The notes beneath the pieces are model-generated. The model did no database searches and was not told the origin of the DNA. It was given only the letters and a program-made list of their open reading frames with translations. DNA of 64,000 bases from assembly GCA_022601345.1 (NCBI GenBank), contig JAJACU010000019.1:112474-176473 (forward strand), in the 5' to 3' direction. The position numbers and the translations under genes were made by a program. This stretch comes from Chlamydiota bacterium (GTDB lineage Bacteria > Chlamydiota > Chlamydiia > Chlamydiales > JAAZZY01). Shown here piece by piece: positions 17,582 to 26,032 of this stretch (position 1 is the stretch's first letter; each line of letters opens with the position of its first letter).

Positions 17582-18004
17582 ATGACTTTAGAACAAAAAG
17601 TATTTAAAACAGAAATTTTAATACAAGTCTCTGATATTAATTATGGGGGTCACCTAGGCAATGATCGTTTTTTGACAGTTGCACAAGAAGCAAGAATTCG
17701 TTGGCTTAGGTCTCATGGGTGGAGTGAAAAAAATATTGGCAATACAGGGAATGGCTTTTTCGTTGTAGAGGCAAATCTTAAATACCACCACGAAGTTTTT
17801 TTAGGCCAAACGCTTATTGTAGATCTCTTTATTAGTGAATGTACAAAGTGCACTTGCTTGCTTCAATACGAATTTTTTGAAAAGGAGTCTCAAAGAAAAG
17901 TAGGTTCAGTAAGCACTAAAGTGGCTTTTTTTGATTACTCTAAAAGAAAACTCTCTAAGGTGCCCCTTGCTCTTTTGAATATGCTAGAGGTGCACGGTGA
18001 ATAG
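17582..18004 (+). CDS. Hotdog-fold acyl-CoA thioesterase (4HBT/YbgC-like)
   Basis: 140 aa. DINYGGHLGNDRFLTVAQEARIRWL is typical of the 4HBT thioesterase N-terminus. Confidence 0.8.
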   Translation: MTLEQKVFKTEILIQVSDINYGGHLGNDRFLTVAQEARIRWLRSHGWSEKNIGNTGNGFFVVEANLKYHHEVFLGQTLIVDLFISECTKCTCLLQYEFFEKESQRKVGSVSTKVAFFDYSKRKLSKVPLALLNMLEVHGE

Positions 18005-19217
18005 CTTAGCTCAAAACAAAAATGTGCATATCGGGCATCTCATTGCAGCCATTTTCCTGGTTGCAGGTACTTGCATTGGAGGAGGAATGCTAGCCTTGCC
18101 TCTGATGACAGGACTGGCTGGGTTTATTCCATCTTCTGTGATGCTTCTTGTCTGTTGGGTTTTTATGACGTGCACAGGATTACTTTTTTTAGAAGCAAAT
18201 ATCTGGCTGGGATCGGGTAAGCATATTATTACAATGGCTCAGGAGCTTTTGGGTCGTTGGGGTAAATGGGTAACTCTTATTTTGTACCTATTTATTTGTT
18301 ATGCTTCTCTCGTTGCATATGTTTCTGTGGGTTCTGATTTGCTGTTAGAGGTAACTGTTGAAGGAGCTATCTCTCTGAATAAAGCTGGAGCTTGTGTTCT
18401 TTTTGGCTTATTCTTTGGAGTTTTTATCTACTTAGGAACAAATACGGTAGGAAGAATCAACTCTTTGCTTGTTGTCGGCATGGTCATTTCATACTTTGCT
18501 ATTGTCACGGTCGGCTCCAAAGAAGTGAATCCCGAAAACTTAAAGCTCGCTTGTTGGGGAAGCTCTATCTTTGCAATTCCAATTCTATTAACTTCTTTCA
18601 GTTTCCAAACTATGATGCCAAGTTTAACCCCGTATTTAAAGGGGAATGCTAAATATCTTCGCTGGGCTATTATTTTAGGAACAGCTATCCCTTTAATCGC
18701 ATATCTTATTTGGGATTGGCTGATTCTCGGTATAGTGCCTCTAGAAGGCGAGCATGGTCTACGCTCTGCTATGCAAGCCTCATTGCCTGTCACACGTCCA
18801 TTACAACGTGTTGTTAACAATCGCTGGGTCTATTACCTAGCAGGTTTCTTTTCTTTCTTTGCCCTAGTAACCTCTTTCTTGGGAATCTCTTTAGGTCTCT
18901 ATGACTTTATTGCAGATGGCTTAAAAGTTGCTAAAAGAGGTTTTAATAAGGTTTGGTTAACTCTGATTGTGTTTGTTCCAACGATTTTATTTGCAATTTT
19001 TGTTCCTAACATTTTCTTAGCAGCCCTTGACTCAACAGGAGGGTATGGAGACGCTATTTTAAATGGAATTATCCCTGCAATGATGGTATGGAGAGGGCGC
19101 TACTTATTCAAAAAAGAAGGGGATCAGAGATTGCCGGGTGGAAAACCTGTTCTTCTAGCAATTATTATTTTTGCAATCTTTGTTGTTCTTTTAGAAACTG
19201 TAATTCGCTTTAAGTAG
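17997..19217 (+). CDS. Aromatic amino-acid permease (HAAAP family, TyrP/Mtr-like)
   Basis: 406 aa, polytopic. The N-terminal FLVAGTCIGGGMLALPLMTGLAGF matches the TyrP/Mtr signature. Confidence 0.8.
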   Translation: MNSLAQNKNVHIGHLIAAIFLVAGTCIGGGMLALPLMTGLAGFIPSSVMLLVCWVFMTCTGLLFLEANIWLGSGKHIITMAQELLGRWGKWVTLILYLFICYASLVAYVSVGSDLLLEVTVEGAISLNKAGACVLFGLFFGVFIYLGTNTVGRINSLLVVGMVISYFAIVTVGSKEVNPENLKLACWGSSIFAIPILLTSFSFQTMMPSLTPYLKGNAKYLRWAIILGTAIPLIAYLIWDWLILGIVPLEGEHGLRSAMQASLPVTRPLQRVVNNRWVYYLAGFFSFFALVTSFLGISLGLYDFIADGLKVAKRGFNKVWLTLIVFVPTILFAIFVPNIFLAALDSTGGYGDAILNGIIPAMMVWRGRYLFKKEGDQRLPGGKPVLLAIIIFAIFVVLLETVIRFK

Positions 19218-19638
19218 AAGGGATTAACGTTTTTAGAGCTTCTTGTTTCATTCTGAGGTGAATGTTGTAGAGTCCATTAGCTCGACTTGGCGTTAAAGAA
19301 TTAGAGATGCCTAACTCATCTAGAAAAGTTGGAGGGGACTTTAAGATCGTTTCTGCGTCTTCTCCACTAAAGTACCAAACTAAGAGTTGTGCAAGTCCCA
19401 TTGAAATTAATGCATCTGAATGAGTTTCAAAGAATAATTTTTCATTCTTAAGTTTTGTATGGAGCCAAAGCTGGCTTTGGCAACCTGGCACTAGATATGC
19501 ATCGTCTTTATGGTTGAAATTAGAGTTGCGTTTTGCTTGGCCAATTTCAATAATTTTATTGTAAGTTTGCTCTGGCAAACTACAACTCTCAAAATAGGTG
19601 ACAATCTCGTTTTTTTTAATTTCTAATGAAGCTTTCAT
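19210..19638 (-). CDS. sufE: SufE-family sulfur acceptor protein
   Basis: 142 aa. Contains VPGCQSQLWL (active-site Cys context) and a SufE-like length. Confidence 0.85.
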   Translation of the reverse strand: MKASLEIKKNEIVTYFESCSLPEQTYNKIIEIGQAKRNSNFNHKDDAYLVPGCQSQLWLHTKLKNEKLFFETHSDALISMGLAQLLVWYFSGEDAETILKSPPTFLDELGISNSLTPSRANGLYNIHLRMKQEALKTLIPST

Positions 19639-19693
19639 TTCTCAAATAAATAAATTGATTTAGAGATTATTATGCCAGAGGTAAGGCTATTTT

Positions 19694-21025
19694 TCAATCA
19701 TCATATAGTAGAGTATATTGAGTTTGGTAAAACGAGCCTGTTTTTAAAAATTTCATTACTAGTTGAGCGATAACTACAGCAATAAAAATATTTAATGTCA
19801 GAGGCATACTGTGAGTTAACTCGAAGCTTGCAATAGTTAAAGCCAGTGGAGCTCCAATAACAGCAGAGGTAAAGGCTGTCGTTGCTCCAAGGGCATATAT
19901 AGAGTAGTCAAACGAAGTTTGGGGGAAAATAGCTTCAAGTCCAAGGGCATAGAGGACCCCAAGAAATATCCCTACTACAAAAACGGGAGAAATGACACCG
20001 CCACTAAAGCCGAATCCTACCGAGAAATATGTAGCTAAAATTTTAAAAATAATGAAAAGAATTACAAACTTAAGGGATGGCGTTAGAATATGTTCACTTG
20101 ATTGAACTATATCAAAGCTAAGGCCCATTGCAGCAGGAGCATAGATAGCTATTAACGAGAGAGCTACTCCTCCAACTGATGGCCATATCCAGGATGGTAG
20201 TTTACTGTTGATATGAGCTGAAACTGTAAACTTCATACTTTGAACAAAGCCAAAAGCAAGAAAACCACATAATAACCCTAAAACAGCGAAATATATAATG
20301 TGGTGGACGTCACTAGTTGCTGAGTAGTTCAAAAAAATAGGGGGAAGGATGTCTGGAAAAAACTCTCTAACAATGGTCCCTGAGAAAATAGCTATAGCAA
20401 TTGGAACTAGGTCTACAGCTGCTAGAGAAAAAGAGACAACCTCTAATACGAAGAAAATGGCTACAAATGTTGAATGGAGGGATGTTGAGAATGCTGTAGC
20501 TATTGCAGCGCACAGTAAAATGCGATAATAGTGACCGTTGAATTTTAAAATCTTACAAAACCAGCTTGTGATTGATCCTGCAAGAAACATTAAAGGGGCC
20601 TCACGTCCAACTGAGGCTCCCATTCCAATAGACAAGCAGCTTGCTGCAGAAGACCCAAGGCCTTCCACAACAGAAATAGTTCTTTGCTTTCTAAAGTTAA
20701 AGAGCAGGTGGGGCATTCCTAGCCTTGTGCTTGTGTTGGGAAGCAAGTAATAGATTAAGAGGCTTATTAAAGTTCCTCCACCAATAAAAATTAGAAAAAA
20801 ATACCAAGCAGGCACATCATATGAGATTTGAATAAAATTAGAATTTTTAGAAAAATATATAACTTTTCTTAAAAGCGCATAAAGCTTTATGAATCCAACA
20901 GTTGAAAAAGCTGAGACAATTCCAACTAATGCAGACACTAAATATAAACGGAAGGGATGAGTCTCAGTAAAGAAACCTGTATCATCTTTTTTTGCATATT
21001 TTTTATTTGAATCTTCTTCTTTCAT
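19694..21025 (-). CDS. ClC-family chloride channel/H+-Cl- exchanger
   Basis: 443 aa, polytopic. Contains the GASVGREAPLMF (GREGP-type) selectivity motif. There are no C-terminal CBS domains. Confidence 0.85.
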   Translation of the reverse strand: MKEEDSNKKYAKKDDTGFFTETHPFRLYLVSALVGIVSAFSTVGFIKLYALLRKVIYFSKNSNFIQISYDVPAWYFFLIFIGGGTLISLLIYYLLPNTSTRLGMPHLLFNFRKQRTISVVEGLGSSAASCLSIGMGASVGREAPLMFLAGSITSWFCKILKFNGHYYRILLCAAIATAFSTSLHSTFVAIFFVLEVVSFSLAAVDLVPIAIAIFSGTIVREFFPDILPPIFLNYSATSDVHHIIYFAVLGLLCGFLAFGFVQSMKFTVSAHINSKLPSWIWPSVGGVALSLIAIYAPAAMGLSFDIVQSSEHILTPSLKFVILFIIFKILATYFSVGFGFSGGVISPVFVVGIFLGVLYALGLEAIFPQTSFDYSIYALGATTAFTSAVIGAPLALTIASFELTHSMPLTLNIFIAVVIAQLVMKFLKTGSFYQTQYTLLYDD

Positions 21026-21157
21026 AATTCTTTTTTGTTAAAAATCACGTATACAATTTTTTTATTTACTCGCAAATGGATTATTTTAGTTATAGATTGA
21101 CAGAAACACTTAATTCTGGAATAACTTTAGTGCAATTTAATTAAAATAATATATTTG

Positions 21158-21376
21158 ATGGCAAAGGAAGACACCCTAAAATTAGACGGAAAGATCCAAG
21201 AATTACTACCTAACATGACCTTTAAAGTCGAACTTGAGAACGGAAAAGTCGTTTTAGCTCATTTGAGCGGAAAAATGAGGCTGAGAAATATTCGTGTATC
21301 GGTCGGAGATGTGGTGACAGTTGAAATTTCACCTTATGATCTGTCCAAGGCTAGGATTATTTATAGACAACGTTAA
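21158..21376 (+). CDS. infA: Translation initiation factor IF-1
   Basis: 72 aa from ATG 21158. The sequence [13 protein letters not shown]...[35 protein letters not shown] is a canonical S1-fold IF-1. Confidence 0.95.
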   Translation: MAKEDTLKLDGKIQELLPNMTFKVELENGKVVLAHLSGKMRLRNIRVSVGDVVTVEISPYDLSKARIIYRQR

Positions 21377-21384
21377 AATGGCAC

Positions 21385-21413
21385 TTGATTTATTTTGGAT
21401 ATGTCATTAAACT
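21385..21413 (+). promoter_or_regulatory. Possible promoter TTGATT-N17-TAAACT for tRNA-Thr/tuf
   Basis: TTGATT at 21385-21390, a 17-nt spacer, TAAACT at 21408-21413. Weaker than the two consensus promoters. Confidence 0.3.
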
Positions 21414-21518
21414 CATATGCTTTTAAAATAATTTTAGGCTCGTTGCGTTTACTTTTTAAAGTAAACATTTTAGGTGGCTAAAAACCAATACTTTAAGGAT
21501 TCGCTCCTTGAATAGGAA

Positions 21519-21590
21519 CGCCCAGATAGCTCAGGGGTAGAGCACTTGCATGGTAAGCAAGCGGTCGTAGGTTCAATTCCTATTCTGGGC
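21519..21590 (+). tRNA. tRNA-Thr (GGT)
   Basis: GCCCAGATAGCTCAGGGGTAGAGCACTTGCATGGTAAGCAAGCGGTCGTAGGTTCAATTCCTATTCTGGGCA folds as a cloverleaf with anticodon loop ATGGTAA. It sits immediately upstream of tuf, as in many bacteria. Confidence 0.9.
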
Positions 21591-21637
21591 AAAAAAAAGA
21601 AAAATTAAAATCGTTATTCTTCGGAGGATAAGATAAT

Positions 21638-22822
21638 ATGGCTAAAGAAGCTTTTAAACGCGATAAACCACACGTTAACATCGGAACAATTGGTCACGTT
21701 GACCATGGTAAAACTACACTTACAGCTGCTATCACAAAAATTTTAGCAGAAAAAGGTGGAAGTAACTTTAGAGACTACGCTTCAATTGATAATACACCTG
21801 AAGAGAAAGCTCGCGGAATTACAATTAACTCATCTCACGTTGAGTATGAAACTGAAGCTCGTCACTACGCTCACGTAGACTGCCCAGGGCACGCGGACTA
21901 TGTTAAGAATATGATTACTGGTGCAGCTCAAATGGATGGCGCAATTCTTGTAGTTGCAGCAACTGATGGAGCTATGCCACAAACTAAAGAACATATTCTG
22001 TTAGCTCACCAAGTTGGTGTTCCTGCTATCGTTGTTTTCTTAAATAAGATTGACCAAATTGGAGCTGAAGACCAAGAGCTAGTTGAGCTAGTTGAGATGG
22101 AGATTTCAGAGCTTCTAGAAGCTAAAGGTTACAAAGATAGCCCGATTGTTAAAGGGTCAGCTCTTAAAGCTCTTGAAGGCGAAGAGAAGTATGTTGAAGC
22201 AATTGTTGAGCTTATGAACGCAGTGGATGCAAGTATTCCAACTCCTGAAAGAGAAGTTGATAAGCCTTTCTTAATGCCTGTTGAGGATGTATTCTCAATT
22301 TCAGGTCGTGGAACTGTCGCAACTGGAAGAGTTGAGCGCGGTATCATTAAGATGAACGACAAGATGCAAATTGTAGGTATTAGAGAAACACGTGAATGTG
22401 TTGCAACTGGTCTTGAAATGTTTAACAAAATCCTTGATGAAGCTCGTGCAGGAGAAAACGTAGGTGTTCTTCTTAGAGGTGTTAACAAGGAAGATATCGA
22501 CCGTGGAATGGTTTTAGCCGCTCCAGGAACTTGTACTCCGCACAAAAAGTTTAAGTGCGCAATATACGTTCTAACAAAAGATGAAGGTGGACGTCATAAG
22601 CCTTTCTTCTCAGGATATAGACCTCAGTTCTACTTCAGAACTACTGACGTTACAGGTACTATCGAACTTCCAGAAGGAACAGAGATGGTAATGCCTGGTG
22701 ATAACGTAGAGATGACAGGGGAACTCATGGTACCTGTAGCTATGGAAGAAGGAATGAGATTTGCTATTCGTGAAGGTGGCAGAACTATTGGAGCCGGTAC
22801 TGTTTCAAAAATTATTGAATAG
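21638..22822 (+). CDS. tuf: Elongation factor Tu
   Basis: 394 aa. Contains [18 protein letters not shown] and NKID motifs. Full-length EF-Tu. Confidence 0.98.
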   Translation: MAKEAFKRDKPHVNIGTIGHVDHGKTTLTAAITKILAEKGGSNFRDYASIDNTPEEKARGITINSSHVEYETEARHYAHVDCPGHADYVKNMITGAAQMDGAILVVAATDGAMPQTKEHILLAHQVGVPAIVVFLNKIDQIGAEDQELVELVEMEISELLEAKGYKDSPIVKGSALKALEGEEKYVEAIVELMNAVDASIPTPEREVDKPFLMPVEDVFSISGRGTVATGRVERGIIKMNDKMQIVGIRETRECVATGLEMFNKILDEARAGENVGVLLRGVNKEDIDRGMVLAAPGTCTPHKKFKCAIYVLTKDEGGRHKPFFSGYRPQFYFRTTDVTGTIELPEGTEMVMPGDNVEMTGELMVPVAMEEGMRFAIREGGRTIGAGTVSKIIE

Positions 22823-22829
22823 TGCTAAC

Positions 22830-22868
22830 AAATCTTACTGCAGGTGCATTGAACCTGCAGTAAGATTT
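22830..22868. terminator. Perfect 16-bp inverted repeat (hairpin) downstream of tuf
   Basis: AAATCTTACTGCAGGT (22830-22845), a 7-nt loop, then ACCTGCAGTAAGATTT (22853-22868). No downstream T run, so it is either an atypical terminator or a processing site ahead of tRNA-Trp. Confidence 0.5.
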
Positions 22869-22887
22869 AAATAAATATGGCCTCATT

Positions 22888-22960
22888 GGGTGTGTAGCTC
22901 AGCTGGTAGAGCAGCGATCTCCAAAGTCGCCGGTCGGGGGTTCGAGTCCCTCCGCACTCG
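22888..22960 (+). tRNA. tRNA-Trp (CCA)
   Basis: GGGTGTGTAGCTCAGCTGGTAGAGCAGCGATCTCCAAAGTCGCCGGTCGGGGGTTCGAGTCCCTCCGCACTCG folds as a cloverleaf with anticodon loop CTCCAAA. It sits before secE-nusG, the classical position. Confidence 0.9.
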
Positions 22961-22972
22961 AGGGTTAAAAGT

Positions 22973-23242
22973 ATGAGAAGCAAAGAAATGTTCATGAATG
23001 CAAAAAAAATTGAAGAAGAAAAGCCTAAGAGGAATCTCTTTAAAGCTTTCGTGAATTTTTTTGGTTCGCTAAAGCAAGAATTGAAACAGATATCTTGGAC
23101 TAACAGGAAAGATCTGAAAAAGTTCACAAAGATTGTTTTAGGATCAACATTTACAGTAGGATTGCTAATCTACTTAGTAGATATGGGGATTCAAAAATGT
23201 TTGAGTTTAGTGCATTTTATAATTCAACGGATTTTCGGGTAA
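22973..23242 (+). CDS. secE: Preprotein translocase subunit SecE
   Basis: 89 aa. Contains a basic N-terminus, the conserved ELKQISWTNRKDL motif and a single C-terminal TM helix. It lies between tRNA-Trp and nusG. Confidence 0.85.
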   Translation: MRSKEMFMNAKKIEEEKPKRNLFKAFVNFFGSLKQELKQISWTNRKDLKKFTKIVLGSTFTVGLLIYLVDMGIQKCLSLVHFIIQRIFG

Positions 23243-23248
23243 GGGTTT

Positions 23249-23800
23249 ATGAAACACTGGTATGTAATTCAGGTATTATCATCGAAAGAAAAGCAAGTGA
23301 AGCAGGCTCTCGATGAAAATAAAGAGACAAGCCCACACGGAGCTAATATTGAAGAAATCTTACTTCCTACTGAAAAAGTAATGGAAGTAAAACAAGGACA
23401 ACAAAAAATTTCTGAGCGTAGAATTTGGCCCGGATATTTACTTGTTAAAATGGAACTGACAGACGAAGTTTGGATGTTAATTCGAAGAACTAATGGGGTT
23501 ATTGCCTTTTTAGGTGGTGAAAAACCAACTCCTTTAAGTGAAAAAGAAGTGCAAACTATCTTAAATGATCTTGAAGAAAAGAAAAAAGGTGTGACTCAAA
23601 AACATCAGTTTGAAATTGGAAGTCACGTTAAAATTACAGATGGTGTCTTTGTAAATTTCATGGGGACTGTAACAGGTGTTCAGCATGAAAAAGGAAAATT
23701 AAGCGTTTCTGTTTCCATTTTTGGAAGAGAAACTCAAGTAGACGATTTAGAGTTCTGGCAAGTTGAAGAAGTAAGCGAAGACGCTGAAGCAGAAAACTAA
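23249..23800 (+). CDS. nusG: Transcription antitermination factor NusG
   Basis: 183 aa. NGN domain (HWYVIQVLSSKEKQV...PGYLLVKM) and KOW domain (GSHVKITDGVFVNFMGTV). Confidence 0.95.
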   Translation: MKHWYVIQVLSSKEKQVKQALDENKETSPHGANIEEILLPTEKVMEVKQGQQKISERRIWPGYLLVKMELTDEVWMLIRRTNGVIAFLGGEKPTPLSEKEVQTILNDLEEKKKGVTQKHQFEIGSHVKITDGVFVNFMGTVTGVQHEKGKLSVSVSIFGRETQVDDLEFWQVEEVSEDAEAEN

Positions 23801-23816
23801 GAGGTAAAGGATAGTT

Positions 23817-24254
23817 ATGGCCAAGAAAAAGGTAGAAAAAATCATTAAGCTGCAAATTGCTGCTGGTAAGGCAAACCCTGCTCCACCGATTGGTTCGGCG
23901 TTGGGTGCTGCTGGTGTAAATATTATGGGTTTTTGTAAAGAGTTCAATGCTAAAACTCAAGACAGAGCCGGAGATACACTGCCTGTAGTCATTACGGTAT
24001 ATAAAGACAAGAGCTTCACGTTTATTACAAAGCAGCCGCCGATGTCTAATTTAATAAAAAAATCACTTGGTCTTGAAAAAGGTTCAGGAGTTCCAAATAG
24101 AGATAAAGTTGGAAAGATTACTTTTGAGCAAGCTGCAGAAATTGCAAAAGCTAAAATGTCAGATTTGAATGCTAAGTCAATCGAAGCTGCAGTTCAAATT
24201 GTTGTTGGATCAGCTAAGTCTATGGGAATTGATTACGTAGAAGAGGGTGAATAG
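23817..24254 (+). CDS. rplK: 50S ribosomal protein L11
   Basis: 145 aa. [20 protein letters not shown]...[12 protein letters not shown] is canonical L11. Confidence 0.97.
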   Translation: MAKKKVEKIIKLQIAAGKANPAPPIGSALGAAGVNIMGFCKEFNAKTQDRAGDTLPVVITVYKDKSFTFITKQPPMSNLIKKSLGLEKGSGVPNRDKVGKITFEQAAEIAKAKMSDLNAKSIEAAVQIVVGSAKSMGIDYVEEGE

Positions 24255-24256
24255 TT

Positions 24257-24952
24257 ATGGCTCATGTTAGCAAACGAATGAAAGAAGCAAATAAGCTTCA
24301 TGACAAAGAAAAGCAATATGATATTGTAGAAGCAATTGAATTGCTTCAAAAGTGTCCGCAAGTGAAGTTTGACCAGACTTTAGAGTTGTCAATGAAACTC
24401 GGTGTTGACCCTAAGAAAGCTGATCAGTTAGTTCGAGGAACAGTAAGTCTTCCACACGGAACAGGTAAAAAAATAAAAGTTCTCGTTATTGCGAAAGGTG
24501 ATAAAGCTCAAGAAGCTCTTGATGCTGGAGCTGATTATGCAGGTGACGAAGAATACTTTAAAAAGATCCAAGGCGGATGGTTAGATTTTGACGCGGTAAT
24601 TGCAACTCCTGACATGATGAGAGAGATTGGAAAGCTTGCAAGAATATTGGGACCTCGTGGTTTAATGCCTACTCCAAAGGCTGGAACTGTTACCACTGAT
24701 ATCACAAAAGCTGTAACAGAAATTAAAGCCGGTAAAATTGAATACAAAGTTGATAAAAACTCAGTAATTAATAACGGTGTTGGAAAACTATCCTTTGCAA
24801 AAGAAAAACTTGAACAAAATGTAAGAGAGCTTATTGCAGCTATCGTTAAAGCTAAACCTTCAGCATCTAAAGGTGCATACATATTAGGTCTAAATTTAGC
24901 TTCTACAATGGGACCTGGATGTAAAATTAATCTTAGAGAAGTTGCTAACTAA
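24257..24952 (+). CDS. rplA: 50S ribosomal protein L1
   Basis: 231 aa. Contains [34 protein letters not shown] and [16 protein letters not shown]. Confidence 0.97.
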   Translation: MAHVSKRMKEANKLHDKEKQYDIVEAIELLQKCPQVKFDQTLELSMKLGVDPKKADQLVRGTVSLPHGTGKKIKVLVIAKGDKAQEALDAGADYAGDEEYFKKIQGGWLDFDAVIATPDMMREIGKLARILGPRGLMPTPKAGTVTTDITKAVTEIKAGKIEYKVDKNSVINNGVGKLSFAKEKLEQNVRELIAAIVKAKPSASKGAYILGLNLASTMGPGCKINLREVAN

Positions 24953-24965
24953 TTAAAGAGAAGTC

Positions 24966-25475
24966 ATGAGAAAAGAAAAACAATATTTATTAGATGACCT
25001 AAAGTCGAAAATTGAGTCTGCAAAAGCATTTATTGTTACTCAATATCAGTCAGTGTCTGCAAATGATATGAATGACTTTAGAAGAGATATTACAGAGTCA
25101 GGAAATGACTTTGAAGTTGTTCCTAAAAGAGTTTTCATTAAAGCTGCTGAAGAAGCAAGTGGTGTTGAGTTCACAAAAGAAACTTTACAAGGCCATATTG
25201 GAATCGTTATTGCTGATGAAGATTACATAAGTGCTGCAAAAGCAGTTAGAAAGGTAAGTAAAGAATCAGATAATATGGAGATTCTTGCAGGGTTTATTGA
25301 AGGCAAACTTTATGATCAAGCAAGTGTTATTAAATTATCAGAGCTACCAAATCTTGATGAAATGCGCGCTCAATTTATAGGAACACTCGAAGCTCCGATG
25401 GCTCAAACATTGAGTACATTCGAAGCCTTACTTACAAGTGTAATGCACTGCTTAGAAAATAAGGCTAAACAATAA
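24966..25475 (+). CDS. rplJ: 50S ribosomal protein L10
   Basis: 169 aa. Position between rplA and rplL, with an L10-like N-terminus. Confidence 0.92.
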   Translation: MRKEKQYLLDDLKSKIESAKAFIVTQYQSVSANDMNDFRRDITESGNDFEVVPKRVFIKAAEEASGVEFTKETLQGHIGIVIADEDYISAAKAVRKVSKESDNMEILAGFIEGKLYDQASVIKLSELPNLDEMRAQFIGTLEAPMAQTLSTFEALLTSVMHCLENKAKQ

Positions 25476-25549
25476 CAAATTTAAAAGTAAATTTTTCCCT
25501 TAAGTTTAGGGGAACTAAATTCTATTCAATAGAACGATGAGGTAAAACT

Positions 25550-25934
25550 GTGGATAAAGAAAAATTAGTAGATGAATTAAGTAAATTAACAGTGTTAGAG
25601 CTTTCAGAGCTTAAAACAGCTTTGGAAGATAAATGGGGTGTAAAAGCTGCTGCTGCTGCTCAAGTTGTTGCTGCTGCTCCTGCTGCTGCTGGTGCTGCTG
25701 AAGCAGAAGAAGCTACTGATTTTGAAGTTACTTTAGCTGAATTTCCTGCTGATAAGAAAATCGCTATCATTAAAGTAGTGAGAGAAATTACAGGTCTTGG
25801 GCTTAAAGAAGCGAAGGAACTAGTTGAAGGAGCTCCAAAAGTTCTTAAAGACAGTGCTCCAAAATCAGAAGCTGATGAGATTGTAAAAAAAAGTAGAAGC
25901 TACTGGTGCTAAAGCGACTTTGAAAGGTCTTTAA
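25550..25934 (+). CDS. rplL: 50S ribosomal protein L7/L12, with an apparent 1-nt frameshift at an A8 tract near the 3' end
   Basis: GTG start with GAGG upstream. Ala-rich hinge, then [23 protein letters not shown]. The track ORF ends early at 25912 (..[11 protein letters not shown]). Reading A8 (25885-25892) as A7 restores the canonical tail [16 protein letters not shown], with the stop at 25932-25934. Confidence 0.9.
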
Positions 25935-25960
25935 GATTTAATTTCTTTTTTTTAATTAGT

Positions 25961-25991
25961 CAATCGAGTGCGGGAATCTTGCGCTCGATTG
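25961..25991 (+). promoter_or_regulatory. Stable hairpin in the rplL-rpoB intergenic region (attenuator or RNase III-type processing site candidate)
   Basis: CAATCGAGTGCG (25961-25972), loop GGAATCT, then TGCGCTCGATTG (25980-25991). This gives a 12-bp RNA stem including two G-U pairs, with no T run after it. Confidence 0.45.
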
Positions 25992-26032
25992 TTACTGCAT
26001 ACACACATTTTTAGGGAGTAATAGGGAGCCTT

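Noticed and set aside
22129-22545. 138-aa ORF antisense to tuf. Similar antisense or alternate-frame ORFs occur inside rplA (24535-24882), rpoB (28348-28740, 28694-28876), rpoC (29947-30165, 30349-30687, 32492-32725), atpA/atpB (40068-42059), fumC (46584-46872) and valS (53234-55269).
   Set aside because: All lie entirely within highly conserved genes whose own frames have unambiguous homology. Their products are low-complexity and lack start signals. These are chance open frames.
22867-23127. 86-aa minus-strand ORF spanning tRNA-Trp and the start of secE.
   Set aside because: It is incompatible with the well-supported tRNA and secE on the + strand.
25620-25700. GCT-rich microsatellite-like stretch in rplL.
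   Set aside because: It encodes the normal Ala-rich flexible hinge of L7/L12 and is an expected feature.
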